Positions 1 through 10,061 of a DNA stretch of 64,000 bases are shown here, in pieces. This DNA comes from an uncultured Gemmatimonadales bacterium (GTDB taxonomy: Bacteria; Gemmatimonadota; Gemmatimonadetes; Longimicrobiales; RSA9). The stretch covers positions 480,001-544,000 of the forward strand of contig CAWCUS010000002.1 in NCBI GenBank assembly GCA_963798845.1, read 5' to 3'. The position numbers were made by a program, and so were the translations under genes. The notes under the pieces are model-generated. The model worked only from the letters and a program-made list of their open reading frames with translations. It was not told the DNA's origin and ran no database searches. The number at the start of each line of letters is the position of its first letter. Positions within the stretch are counted from its first letter, which is position 1.

Positions 1-2
1 TC

Positions 3-1109
3 GGTCGGCGGCTGGAGACGTGTCTCCGCCCTGGGGACACCGTGGCGAGGGTGGGCGGCGACGAGTTCGCCCTTCTGCTGGACGGCACCGAGTCCGTGGA
101 CGAGGCCAGGGCGGTCGCGGACCGCATCCACGAGGCGATGCGCCGCCCGTTCCATACCGGACGGCGTGAGGTGTACGCCACGATCAGCACGGGGATCGCC
201 GTGAGCTCGCCGGAGTACCGGCGCGCGGAGGAGATCCTCCGCGACGCGGACATCGCCATGTACCGCGCGAAGAGCGCCGGACGCGCGCGGAGCGAGGTGT
301 TCGACCGCGCCATGCACGATGACGCAGTGGCCGTGCTGGAGCTGGAGACTGCGCTCCGACGGGCCGTGGAGCGCCAGGAGTTCGTGCTGCACTACCAGCC
401 GATAGTTTCCCTGCGGGATGGGCGGCTGCTCGGTCACGAGGCGCTGATCCGGTGGCAGCATCCGGAGCGGGGACTGCTCGGCCCCGACGAGTTCCTGGCG
501 GTGGCGGAGGAGACCGGTCTCATCGTCCCGATCAGCTGGTGGACGGTCCGCCAGGCCGCGCAGCGGGCCCGGGAATGGTGGGTGCCGGAGGAGCGGGGGC
601 CGTACGTGGCAGTGAACCTCTCGGCGACGCAGCTCTCGCAGGCGGACCTCATCGACCAGCTCCGATCCGCGCTCGAGGAGACAGGGGCGCCTGCGGAGGC
701 GCTGCGCCTGGAGCTCACGGAGAACGTGCTGATGGAGAAGGCCGAGGCCACCATTCACATGATGGACGCGCTGCGGGAGCTGGGGATTCGCCTCATGATC
801 GACGACTTCGGGATCGGCTACTCGTCACTGAGCTATCTCCATCGCTTCGCGCCCCATACCTTGAAGATCGATGGGTCCTTCATCCGCGCCATCGGCCCGG
901 ATGGCGAGAACAGCGAGATCGTCCGCACCATCGTGGCGCTCGCGGACGAGCTGGAGATGGAAGTGGTGGCGGAGGGCGTTGAAACCCGCGAACAGTTCCG
1001 CATGGCGCGGATCCTCGGATGCAAGTCGGCCCAGGGCTACTACCTCGCCCGACCAATGTCCGCCGCCGCCGCCGCTGTTTCACTCGAGCGCGTGTGGGAG
1101 CTGGCCTGA
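3..1109 (+). CDS. Diguanylate cyclase/phosphodiesterase (GGDEF-EAL), 5'-partial
   Basis: RVGGDEF, HEALIRW, DDFGIGYSSLSYL and EGVET motifs; the frame stays open to the window start. Confidence 0.93.
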   Translation, partial: GRRLETCLRPGDTVARVGGDEFALLLDGTESVDEARAVADRIHEAMRRPFHTGRREVYATISTGIAVSSPEYRRAEEILRDADIAMYRAKSAGRARSEVFDRAMHDDAVAVLELETALRRAVERQEFVLHYQPIVSLRDGRLLGHEALIRWQHPERGLLGPDEFLAVAEETGLIVPISWWTVRQAAQRAREWWVPEERGPYVAVNLSATQLSQADLIDQLRSALEETGAPAEALRLELTENVLMEKAEATIHMMDALRELGIRLMIDDFGIGYSSLSYLHRFAPHTLKIDGSFIRAIGPDGENSEIVRTIVALADELEMEVVAEGVETREQFRMARILGCKSAQGYYLARPMSAAAAAVSLERVWELA

Positions 1110-1696
1110 GCGACCCTGACGACCTCCGCCCGCGTCGGGTCTGGTCGCTCCGCCTGGGGCTCCAGCTGGCGCTCCTTTCCGCCGTCCTGCTCTTAGCCCT
1201 GTGGGTCAACCTGTACGCCGCGGAGCACGACTTCGTCCGCGAAGCCGCAGTCCGCTTCGGCTATCCGGGCGTGCTCGCCGCCGGGGTCGTCAGCGGCTTC
1301 AACCTGGTCGTACCGATCCCCCTCGTCGCGTTTCTCCCGTTCTTCGTCGACGTGGGTATGGATCCTGTGCCGACCGTCACGCTGATCGCGCTCGGGATGA
1401 CGATGGGCGACTGCCTGGGCTACCTGATCGGCCACGCGGCCCGCGACGCGCTCTCGCCGCGGCTCCGGGGGCGGATGGCGAGACTCGAGCGGATGCGCCG
1501 CCGGCGGCCGTGGCTGCCGCTGCTCGTGGTGTTCCTGTACGCGGCGATCGTCCCCGCGCCCAACGAGATTCTGGTCATTCCGCTGGCGTTCCTGCGCTAT
1601 CCGCTGCTCGGAGTCTTCGCCGCCGTGCTGGCCGGGAACGTCATCTTCAACGGACTGGTGGGGCTCGGCCTGATGAGCGCGTTCGCCGGGATGTGA
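1019..1696 (+). CDS. DedA/VTT-like membrane protein (true start probably about 1094-1106)
   Basis: Several hydrophobic segments; GDCLGYLIG and PAPNEILVIPL motifs typical of VTT/SNARE-associated proteins. Confidence 0.6.
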   Translation: MQVGPGLLPRPTNVRRRRRCFTRARVGAGLSDPDDLRPRRVWSLRLGLQLALLSAVLLLALWVNLYAAEHDFVREAAVRFGYPGVLAAGVVSGFNLVVPIPLVAFLPFFVDVGMDPVPTVTLIALGMTMGDCLGYLIGHAARDALSPRLRGRMARLERMRRRRPWLPLLVVFLYAAIVPAPNEILVIPLAFLRYPLLGVFAAVLAGNVIFNGLVGLGLMSAFAGM

Positions 1697-1732
1697 ACCT
1701 CCGCCGCCGGCGGAGCCTACGCAAGGAGAGTC

Positions 1733-3484
1733 ATGAACGAGACGATGCGGGGTGCCGTGGTGGCCTTCGCCTGCGTGGCAACGCTGGGCGCGTGCGCCGC
1801 GGGGGTCGAGGAGCCAGCCGACCTGGTGATCGTGAACGGCCACGTCGCGACGGTGGACACGGCCCGGCCCACTGCGGCAGCCGTGGCCGTGAAGGGGGAC
1901 CGCATCGCGGCGGTCGGAAGCGATGCGGAGATCCGGCGCTACATCGGCCCGGAAACGCGCGTGCTGGACGTCGGCGGCAGCCTTGTCATGCCCGGCTTCA
2001 TCGAAGGCCACGGCCACTTCCTGGGCGTGGGGGAGGCACAGCTCGAGCTCGACCTGACGAAGGCACGCAGCTGGGACGAGATCGTCGCCATGGTCCGCGA
2101 GGCCGCCCTGGCCGCGGAGCCCGGCGAGTGGATCCTCGGCCGCGGCTGGCATCAGGAGAAGTGGGACAGCGTCCCCGCCGATGCCGTGGACGGCGTGCCG
2201 ACGCACCACGCGCTGAGCGCGGCTTCGCCGGACAACCCCGTGGTCCTGGAGCACGCCAGCGGACACGCGTCGCTGGTGAACGCGAAAGCACTGGAGCTCG
2301 CGGGCATCCGCAAGGGGACGCGCCCGCCGGACGGAGGCGAGATCGTGGCGGACGCGGCCGGTGACCCCACCGGCCTGCTGCGGGAGAACGCGCAGCGGCT
2401 CGTGTCCTCGGCAATGGCGGAGTCCGAGGCGGGATTGACCGTCGAGGAGCAGCGGGACCGGTTCCGGCGGCTGGTGCGGCTCGCGGCCCGTGAAGCGCTT
2501 TCGAAGGGCATCACCACGTTCCACGACGCCGGTGCCTCGTTCCGCGTCATCGACGGCTACCGCCGGATGGCGGAGGACGGCACGCTGCCGATCCGGCTGT
2601 ACGTCATGGTTCGCGGCGAGTCCAACGAGACGATGGCCGCGCACCTGGCCGAGTACCGGATGATCGGCGTGGGGAACCACCACCTGACGGTGCGCTCGAT
2701 CAAGCGCCAGATCGATGGCGCGCTCGGCTCCCATGGCGCGTGGATGCTGGCGCCGTACGCCGACATGCCTTCCAGCACCGGCCTCGTCCTCGAGCCCGTG
2801 GAGGAGGTGGCCCGGGCCGCCGAGATCGCCATCGCCAACGACTTCCAGGTGAATACCCACGCCATCGGCGACCGGGCGAACCGCGAAGTGCTGGACATCT
2901 ACGAGAAGGTCATGGCCGAGCACCCGGACAAGCGTGACCTCCGCTGGCGCATCGAACACGCGCAGCACCTCGACCCCGCCGACCTCCCCCGCTTCGCAGA
3001 GCTCGGCGTGATCGCCTCCATGCAGGCCGTCCACGCCACCTCCGACTTCCCCTGGGTTCCGAAGCGCATCGGCGTCGAGCGCGCCCACACCGGCGCCTAC
3101 CGCTGGCAGGACCTCTGGAAATCCGGCGCGGTGGTCACCAACGGCACCGATGCCCCGGTGGAGGACGTCAACCCGCTCGCCAGCTTCTGGGCTTCCGTCT
3201 CGCGAACCCTCCCCGACGGCACTCCCTTCGACCCGGAGCAGCGTCTCACCCGTGACCAGGCGCTCCGCGCCTACACCATCAACAACGCCTACGCCGCGTT
3301 CGAGGAGGACCTCAAGGGCTCGCTCACCCCGGGCAAGCTGGCCGACATCACCGTCCTCTCCCGCGACATCACCACGGTCCCCGCGGACCAGATCCGCGAC
3401 GCCCGCGTGCTCTTCACGATCGTCGGCGGAGAAGTAGTGTACGACGGCGAGGGTCCCCCGGAGGAGGCGGTGGGCGGAACGTGA
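1733..3484 (+). CDS. Amidohydrolase family 3 (YtcJ-like) metal-dependent hydrolase, probable lipoprotein
   Basis: PGFIEGHGH, HAIGD, RIEHAQ, GTDAPVE and GKLAD motifs; AAGGAG RBS; signal peptide ending LGAC. Confidence 0.9.
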   Translation: MNETMRGAVVAFACVATLGACAAGVEEPADLVIVNGHVATVDTARPTAAAVAVKGDRIAAVGSDAEIRRYIGPETRVLDVGGSLVMPGFIEGHGHFLGVGEAQLELDLTKARSWDEIVAMVREAALAAEPGEWILGRGWHQEKWDSVPADAVDGVPTHHALSAASPDNPVVLEHASGHASLVNAKALELAGIRKGTRPPDGGEIVADAAGDPTGLLRENAQRLVSSAMAESEAGLTVEEQRDRFRRLVRLAAREALSKGITTFHDAGASFRVIDGYRRMAEDGTLPIRLYVMVRGESNETMAAHLAEYRMIGVGNHHLTVRSIKRQIDGALGSHGAWMLAPYADMPSSTGLVLEPVEEVARAAEIAIANDFQVNTHAIGDRANREVLDIYEKVMAEHPDKRDLRWRIEHAQHLDPADLPRFAELGVIASMQAVHATSDFPWVPKRIGVERAHTGAYRWQDLWKSGAVVTNGTDAPVEDVNPLASFWASVSRTLPDGTPFDPEQRLTRDQALRAYTINNAYAAFEEDLKGSLTPGKLADITVLSRDITTVPADQIRDARVLFTIVGGEVVYDGEGPPEEAVGGT

Positions 3485-3563
3485 AGTAGGAGAAGGCCCC
3501 ACACGTGTTGGGGCCCCCGCCTGACAGACATTAATCGGACCTCGACATAGATTTTAGGGTCCT

Positions 3564-3596
3564 GTGCGGCCGCGGGTTGTCGACCCGCGGCCGCAC
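3564..3596. terminator. Perfect 14-bp hairpin downstream of the amidohydrolase gene
   Basis: GTGCGGCCGCGGGT-TGTCG-ACCCGCGGCCGCAC; no U-tract. Confidence 0.4.
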
Positions 3597-3631
3597 GCGC
3601 AATCCGGAAGGTTCATGACCAGGAGGCCCGG

Positions 3632-4726
3632 GTGAAAGGGTTGGAGCGGGAAGGCGGGCTGCTGGACCGGCTGCTCGCCATACCTCTCTTCTACAAGATC
3701 CTGGCGGCGAACGCTTTCATCGTGCTGCTGTTCTCGCTGCTCGCCACGCTCCTCGCCGTGGAGCTGGGACGGGCCGGGGCTTCGGTGGGCCCGCTGGTGG
3801 CGCTGGCCGTGGCCGGAGCGGTGGTGAGCGTGGCCGTGAACGGCGTGATCATCCAGATCGCGCTGGAGCCGCTGCGGCTGCTGCGCCGGACGGCGGACCG
3901 CGTGCAGGAAGGTGAGGTGGACGCCCGGGTTCCGTACTCACCGCTGGCCGATCGCGAGATGCGGCGGCTGATGGAAGCGACCAACGCCATGCTGGACCGG
4001 CTCTCGGACTACAGGCGCCGGCTGCGGGACGTGGCGGCCAGGGCGCTGAACGCTGCGGAGGAGGAGCGGCGGCGGATCTCGCTGGAGCTCCACGACGACG
4101 CGTCCCAGCGGCTGGCGGCGATCCTGATGCGGCTCCGCCTCGCGCGCAGCGTCGGTGATGCGGAAGCGAAGGAAGCGGTGCTGGAGGAAGTCCGTCGTGA
4201 GCTGGCGGAAGCTGCGGACGGGCTGCGGCGGTACGCGCAGGGGTTGCGGCCGCCGGCGCTGGACGAGCTGGGGCTGGGGGCGGCCATCGAGTCGCACGTG
4301 CGGCACGTGTCGGAGTCCGCGCTGGTGCGGGTGGAGGTGCGCACCGACGGGGTGGGGCGGTTGGAGTCGCCCGAAGCCGAGCTGGCGCTCTACCGCATCG
4401 TCCAGGAAGCGATCACGAACGCGCTGCGGCACAGCCGTGCCACGCGCATCCGGGTCGCCGTGAAGCGGGACGGGGACACGGCGGTGGCAACCGTGTCCGA
4501 CAACGGGGTGGGCTTCGATGTGGAGCGGCAGCTGCTCAGCCATGACGATCAGCATGGCCTGGGCCTCTTCGGGATGCGCGAGCGGGCGAGCTACGTGGGA
4601 GGGAAGGTGGATCTCACCAGCGCGCCCGGCGAGGGCACCGTGGTCCGCGCGATCGTTCCCGCGGAGGGGGCGGGCGCGGCCCGCGCTCTCGACGTCTTCG
4701 CCCGCGGCGGCACGCCAGACGCCTGA
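3632..4726 (+). CDS. Membrane sensor histidine kinase (HAMP-HisKA_3-HATPase, NarX/NreB-like)
   Basis: Two TM helices, EEERRRISLELHD H-box, QEAITNALRHS, DNGVGF, GLGLFGMRER; AGGAGG RBS. Confidence 0.92.
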   Translation: MKGLEREGGLLDRLLAIPLFYKILAANAFIVLLFSLLATLLAVELGRAGASVGPLVALAVAGAVVSVAVNGVIIQIALEPLRLLRRTADRVQEGEVDARVPYSPLADREMRRLMEATNAMLDRLSDYRRRLRDVAARALNAAEEERRRISLELHDDASQRLAAILMRLRLARSVGDAEAKEAVLEEVRRELAEAADGLRRYAQGLRPPALDELGLGAAIESHVRHVSESALVRVEVRTDGVGRLESPEAELALYRIVQEAITNALRHSRATRIRVAVKRDGDTAVATVSDNGVGFDVERQLLSHDDQHGLGLFGMRERASYVGGKVDLTSAPGEGTVVRAIVPAEGAGAARALDVFARGGTPDA

Positions 4727-4777
4727 TTCTCCCCGCGCTGACATCCCCCGGCAGCGGCCGGGCGCCTCGCCCCGCCT

Positions 4778-5437
4778 CTACTGCTCGGCCCGGAGCAGCC
4801 CCGTCTGGAGCGCGAACCGCACCAGTTCCGAACGATGCCTCAGCTGCAGCTTGTCCATGATCCGGCTGCGGTACGTGTCCACGGTCTTCGGGCTGATGAA
4901 CAGCTTCTCGCCGATCTCGCTCGAGCTGAACCCCTCCGCAGTCATCGCGAGAACGTCCCGCTCCCGCTCCGTCAGCTTGCTCAGCGGACCACGCATCTCG
5001 TCCGCGTCCGCATCCTTGTAGCGCTCCAGCAGGAGCTTCGCCGCGCTCGGGTACAGGAACACCTCGTCCCGCGCAACGGTCCGGATCGCGTGCGTCAGAT
5101 CCTCATCCGCGCTCGTCTTCCGCACGAAGCCGCTGCCGCCCGCGTCCAGCACCGGCAGCAGGAACTCCTCTTCGGCGTGCATCGTCAGCACCAGCACCTT
5201 CGTCCCAGCGTCCATCGCCGCGATCCGCCGCGTCGCCTCCATCCCCCCCATCCCCGGCATGGACAGGTCCATCACCACGATGTCGGGCGTCAGCTCCTTC
5301 ACCTTCTTGATGGCTTCCTCGCCCGTCTCCGCCTCTCCTACGACCTGGAGGTCCGGCTCGGCGTCCAGCAGCGCCCTCAGACCCGCCCGTAAGACCCCGT
5401 GATCGTCGGCCAAGAGAATCCGTATCGTCTTCGGCAT
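4778..5437 (-). CDS. NarL/NreC-family response regulator (REC + LuxR HTH)
   Basis: LLADDH, VVMDLSMPG, LTERERDVL and ISPKTVDTYRSRIMDKL motifs. Confidence 0.95.
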   Translation of the reverse strand: MPKTIRILLADDHGVLRAGLRALLDAEPDLQVVGEAETGEEAIKKVKELTPDIVVMDLSMPGMGGMEATRRIAAMDAGTKVLVLTMHAEEEFLLPVLDAGGSGFVRKTSADEDLTHAIRTVARDEVFLYPSAAKLLLERYKDADADEMRGPLSKLTERERDVLAMTAEGFSSSEIGEKLFISPKTVDTYRSRIMDKLQLRHRSELVRFALQTGLLRAEQ

Positions 5438-5528
5438 CGTCGCCTTTCCCCGTGCGTAGCTGTGACGTCAGGAAATCTAGCACGCGAGCGGCGTGCGGGT
5501 TAGTCGGGACACCGTCGGGGCGCCACGT

Positions 5529-5542
5529 AAGGGAAATCCCTA
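5529..5542. promoter_or_regulatory. Palindromic operator resembling the NreC box (TAGGG-N4-CCCTA)
   Basis: AAGGG-AAAT-CCCTA between the divergent response regulator and DUF2892 genes. Confidence 0.45.
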
Positions 5543-5659
5543 CTCCGCCGACGCAATCATTCCGACGCCCGAACCGCGCTGTCCCCGACTGACGCGGCGG
5601 GCGCAAGGCAATAGTGTAGTGCAGTGACAGCAAATCCACCACCTCGACGGAGGCGATTG

Positions 5660-5875
5660 ATGAAGGCGAACGTGGGGGGCATCGACAGAGTGGCGCGCGT
5701 GGTGCTGGCAGCCGTGGCGGTGGCGCTGGGGCTGGGAGGTGTGGTCGGGGGTGTGCTGACGGTGGTGCTGTACGTGGTGGGGGCGGCGCTGCTGCTGACG
5801 GCGGGTGTGGGGAACTGCCCGCTGTACACGGTGCTGGGTGTCACCACGCGGAAGGGGGCGACGTCCGGCGCCTGA
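5660..5875 (+). CDS. DUF2892 (YgaP-like) small membrane protein
   Basis: MKANVGGIDRVAR...GNCPLYTVLGVTT signature; GGAGG RBS before ATG 5660. Confidence 0.88.
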   Translation: MKANVGGIDRVARVVLAAVAVALGLGGVVGGVLTVVLYVVGAALLLTAGVGNCPLYTVLGVTTRKGATSGA

Positions 5876-5911
5876 CGAGGGGTGGGGCGGTGACGTGGGG
5901 GCGATCCAGCG

Positions 5912-7594
5912 TCAGGGCCCTTCGGATTGGAGCGGCACGGTGAAGGAGAAGCGGGAGCCGTGCCCCTCATCGCTTTCCACGAAGATGCGTCCTCCGTGGG
6001 CCTCGGCGAGGCCCTTCGCGATGGCGAGCCCGAGGCCGAGGCCGTGGCTCCCATGCTGGCGTGCCTGCCAGAATCGATCGAAGACCCGGGGCAGGTCGGC
6101 GGCCGGGATTCCGGGACCGGTGTCTTCGACGGTGAAGACGACCTCCTGATCGGTGCCGCGGGCGGCAATGGTGATGGAGCCTCCGGCGGGGGTGAACTTG
6201 AGTGCGTTGCCGACGAGGTTGGAGAAGATCTGGCGGATGCGGTCGGCGTCGACGCGGAGGAACTCGGGGAGGTGGTCGGTCGCGACGAGGGCGAGGTCGA
6301 CGTGCTGCTCCTGGGCGAGGGGGCGGAGCGTGCGGACGGTCTCTTCGAGGAGGCTGCTGGCGACCTCGGGGCGTTTGACCAGGCGGACGCGGCCGGCCTC
6401 GATGCGGCGGACTTCGAGCAGGTCACCTATGAGCCGGTTGGCTTGCATGGCGGCGGCGCGAATGGCCTCGACCTGCTCGTGGGCTGCGTCGATGCGGTCG
6501 TCTTCGAGGACGCGGTCGATGACGCGCGCGGCGACCCTGATGGCGCTGAGGGGGTTGCCCAGGTCGTGGGAGACGACCCCGAGGACCTCGTCGCGGGCGG
6601 CGACGGCGTCGCGGGCCTCCCGGTAGAGCCGGGCGTTGTCGACGGCCATGGCGGCCCGTCGTGCGAGGTCGGTGGCGAGGAGGGCGTCGTCGCTGTCGAA
6701 GTGGCGGGTCGGAGAAGCGGAAGCCAGGGAGAAGGCGCCGAGGGTGCGGCCGCGCGCCATGAGCGGGACGACGAGGAGGGAGTGGAGGCCGAGGACGGTG
6801 AGGGCGCGGTAATGCTCGTCGTCGGCGGAGATCGCGTGAAGGAAGGCGTCGCTCACCTGCGCAATGATCTCCGGCTCGCCGGTCTCAAGGACCGTGAGGG
6901 CGGGGTGATGGCGGCCGGTTGCGGGCGGGTGGGCCATGAGGATCTGAGCCTCGGCGTCGCGGCCGGCGTCGGCGTGGGCGACCTCGACGCGGACGAGGCG
7001 GCCGTCGTGGAGGAGGTCGACGACGCACCAGTCGGCGAGGTGGGGGAGGCCGACGCGGGCGAGGCGGGAGAGGGTGTCCTTGTAGTCGAGCGACAGGGCC
7101 AGCGCCTCGCTGGCGTCGGCGAGGAAGCGCTGGCGCTCCTCGGCTCGTTTGCGGTCGGTGATGTCGCGGAGCACGACCGTCAGGATGGTGGCCTCGGGTG
7201 TGGTGAGGCGCGAGATGGAGGCTTCCGCGGGGAACTCGGTCCCGTCGCGGCGCCGCCCCGAGATCTCGCGCCGTTCGCCCATTCGCCTGGCTTCGCGGGG
7301 GCCGGCCGCGAAGGCGCGCATGTGCTCGCGGTGGGGGGTGCGGAAGCGCTCCGGGAGCAGGATGCCGAGCGGCTGACCGAGCACCTCCTCGCGGGCGTAG
7401 CCGAAGATGTCCTCGGCGCCGCTGTTGAAGAGGATGATCCGGTAGGCCTCATCGACGGTGATGATGGCGTCCGCGGCGATCTCGATGATGCCTTCGAAGG
7501 CCTCACGCGGGATGGTGCCGCCGCCGTTGGAGGACGACGCGTCACGGGGGCTCGCGGTGCGGAGACCGCGGGTCAGTCTCGAGAGGATGCTCAC
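5912..7594 (-). CDS. PAS-GAF sensor histidine kinase (HisKA-HATPase)
   Basis: PAS (FNSGAEDIFGY), GAF (LLVVPLMARGRTLG), VSHDLGNPL, NLVGNALKFT, GLGLGLAI. Confidence 0.93.
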   Translation of the reverse strand: MSILSRLTRGLRTASPRDASSSNGGGTIPREAFEGIIEIAADAIITVDEAYRIILFNSGAEDIFGYAREEVLGQPLGILLPERFRTPHREHMRAFAAGPREARRMGERREISGRRRDGTEFPAEASISRLTTPEATILTVVLRDITDRKRAEERQRFLADASEALALSLDYKDTLSRLARVGLPHLADWCVVDLLHDGRLVRVEVAHADAGRDAEAQILMAHPPATGRHHPALTVLETGEPEIIAQVSDAFLHAISADDEHYRALTVLGLHSLLVVPLMARGRTLGAFSLASASPTRHFDSDDALLATDLARRAAMAVDNARLYREARDAVAARDEVLGVVSHDLGNPLSAIRVAARVIDRVLEDDRIDAAHEQVEAIRAAAMQANRLIGDLLEVRRIEAGRVRLVKRPEVASSLLEETVRTLRPLAQEQHVDLALVATDHLPEFLRVDADRIRQIFSNLVGNALKFTPAGGSITIAARGTDQEVVFTVEDTGPGIPAADLPRVFDRFWQARQHGSHGLGLGLAIAKGLAEAHGGRIFVESDEGHGSRFSFTVPLQSEGP

Positions 7595-7852
7595 GTTGCG
7601 GGTCGGGGCTTCACGCCGGAGTCACGTGTGGGAAAGATAGCCGTGGGAGCGGAATCGGTCGAGCAGCGCCGGATGGATCGAGAGTTGCGCGAGGCGAAGG
7701 GGTTGCCCGCGCGGGGGCGAAGGGACATAGTCGTGCCCGCGGCGGAGGGAAACCATGGATCGCACGAGGCGGACCCGGCCGGGCGTGCCGGACCTCGCGC
7801 AGCGCCGCCGGGGTGGGCCGAGCCACCGGGTGGCGGAGAGGCCGCGTTTCCG

Positions 7853-8876
7853 ATGAAGCCGAAAAACGACCTGGCACAGAAAGTCCATTCGCTGCGGGCG
7901 TTCGCCCGTGGGACGAACGTGGTGCCGATCCTGGTGCAGAGCGACCCGGACCCGGACGGAATGGCGAGCGCGCTGGGGCTGCGCACGCTCCTGCACCGCC
8001 GTGAGGAGGAAAGCCCGCTGATCAGCCTGGGCGAGGTGACGCGTCCGGAGAACCAGCGGATGGCGGAGCTCCTGGACCTGCGCGTGGTGCGGGTCACGGA
8101 CGCCGAGCTGAACGGCTTCAAGCGGGTGATCACGGTGGACACGCAGCCGACGCCCGCGGCCACGCGTCCTCGCTACGCCGTGGTCGACCACCACCCGCCG
8201 CGGGACGGGTACACGGCCGACTTCCTGGACATCCGCACGGACATGGGGGCCGTCTCCACCATGGTGACGCAGTACCTGCGCGTGGGCGACGTCCGCCGCA
8301 TCACCCCGCGCCTGGCGACGGCGCTCCTTTACGGCATCCGCACCGACACGGAAGTGCTGCGGCGCGGGGCCACGGGGGCCGACGTGGAGGCGTACGCGTT
8401 CCTCCAGGGGATCGCGGACCAGGAGCTGCTGCGCAAGATCGGGCGCCCCGCGTTCTCGGAGGACGGGGTGCGCGCCACCGGCCGCGCGCTGGCGGGGCTG
8501 CGCAAGCAGGGCGACATCGCCGTCGCCTACGTGGGGCGGCTGGACGACCGCGCCTCCCACGTGCTGCCGAACCTTGCCGACTTCTGCCTGACCATCGAGG
8601 GCGTCTCCTGGTCCGGTGCCGGCGGGCTGGTCGGAAACGAGAATGGTGGTCAACATCCGGCGTGCCGGAGCAGGGATGGGGGCTGGGGACCTGGCGCGGG
8701 CGGTGGCGGAGGAGGAGGGACGGGGCGGTGGGCACCGGTCGATGGCCCGGGTGACCCTCGACCTGGCCGGGAAGCCGCCGATGTCGGAGACCCCTGGCGA
8801 CCCGGACGTCACGGCGTGGATCCTGGAGCGCATGATCGGTGGCGTGGACGCGCTCAGGGGGGTCCGGACCGGTTGA
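7853..8876 (+). CDS. DHH/DHHA1 phosphoesterase with a +1 frameshift at about 8642
   Basis: PDPDGMASA, VVDHH, GIRTDT; the DHHA1 motif GGGHRSMA lies in another frame after an extra A in GAG-A-ATG. Confidence 0.85.
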
Positions 8877-8914
8877 GCGTGATCGCGCGTCGCCGCGATC
8901 GCCGGCATCTTCGC

Positions 8915-10015
8915 TCAGACGAGTCCCACCAGCTGACGGAGCAGTCCGACGAAGCGGACGGCCTCCACGACCGTGCGGGGCGAGGGGAAGCGTCGCTGGC
9001 CGAAGGAGTGGGAGAAGAGTGAGGTGATCCCGCCCCCCGCGAGGCGCCCGGGCGGGAGCGCCCGCCGCAACCGGACCATCTCGGTCCAGGGGATGAGGCG
9101 GTCATCGCGGCCGTGGGCGAGAAACACCGGCACGGTGACGCGCGGCAGCCAGGGTCCCGGGTCGAGGAGCGGCTCGGTCTCCAGCGCCGCGGCCACCATG
9201 CGATCCACGAGCGTGCCCACGCGCGTCCTCTCCTCCGCCGACAGCCGGGTTCCCGCAGGCGCCGCCAGCAGGCCGTACACCTCCCGCTGGTCGGTCGAAA
9301 GGGTGCCCCGCAGGTCGGCCGCGCGCCCGTCCATGGCCGGGTCCCACGCGCGCAGCCCGTGCCGCCCCGCGTGGCGTGCCAGCGCCAGCAGCGCGTCCGC
9401 CAGCGCCGCGTCGCCGCGATGCTCGGGCAGGAGCGTGAGGTAGTTCCCGGCCAGGATCCACCGGCCGTACGGGTCGGGCTCCCGGTGGTGCGCCTCGCCG
9501 TCCAGCTCGTGGTCGCCGAGGAACATGAAGCGCGTGACGCGCAGCATGTCCGCGTACCCGCCCCACGCCGCCACGCCCGCGATGCGTCCGTGGAGGGCAG
9601 GGTCGCAGGCCGCGATGAGCGCCTGCGTCGCCCCGAAGGAAAAGCCCAAGACACCGATCCGACCGGGCTCGGTGAGGCCGCGGGCGTCGAGAGCGAGCAC
9701 GGCGGCGCGGATCGTGTCGACGGTGGTCCGGGGCGCCACGTGGAGCGCTCGCCACTCGGGGATGTCGGGGACAAGGACGACCGTTCCGGACGCGGCGAGG
9801 GCTCGTGCAAGGCGGCGGAGCGACTCGTGATGTCGGCCGTGATAGGTGATCCCGTGCAGCGTCATCCACCCGGGCAGCGGCGTGCGGGCTGCACGAGGCC
9901 TGTAGACGGTTGCGGGAAGCGTCTGTCCGCCGCGTTCGTAGACCGTCTCCTCCTCCACGACTGCGCGCTGACGGGGCGCCAGGAACTCGCGGAGGAAGCG
10001 GAGCGTCGAGGACAT
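8915..10015 (-). CDS. Alpha/beta hydrolase fold protein
   Basis: GFSFG nucleophile elbow, FLAHGRDDRLIP. Confidence 0.75.
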   Translation of the reverse strand: MSSTLRFLREFLAPRQRAVVEEETVYERGGQTLPATVYRPRAARTPLPGWMTLHGITYHGRHHESLRRLARALAASGTVVLVPDIPEWRALHVAPRTTVDTIRAAVLALDARGLTEPGRIGVLGFSFGATQALIAACDPALHGRIAGVAAWGGYADMLRVTRFMFLGDHELDGEAHHREPDPYGRWILAGNYLTLLPEHRGDAALADALLALARHAGRHGLRAWDPAMDGRAADLRGTLSTDQREVYGLLAAPAGTRLSAEERTRVGTLVDRMVAAALETEPLLDPGPWLPRVTVPVFLAHGRDDRLIPWTEMVRLRRALPPGRLAGGGITSLFSHSFGQRRFPSPRTVVEAVRFVGLLRQLVGLV

Positions 10016-10061
10016 CGCCGAGGGCGGGTGCGCCGGGGTTCCCTGCCGCGGCCTGCCGCCG

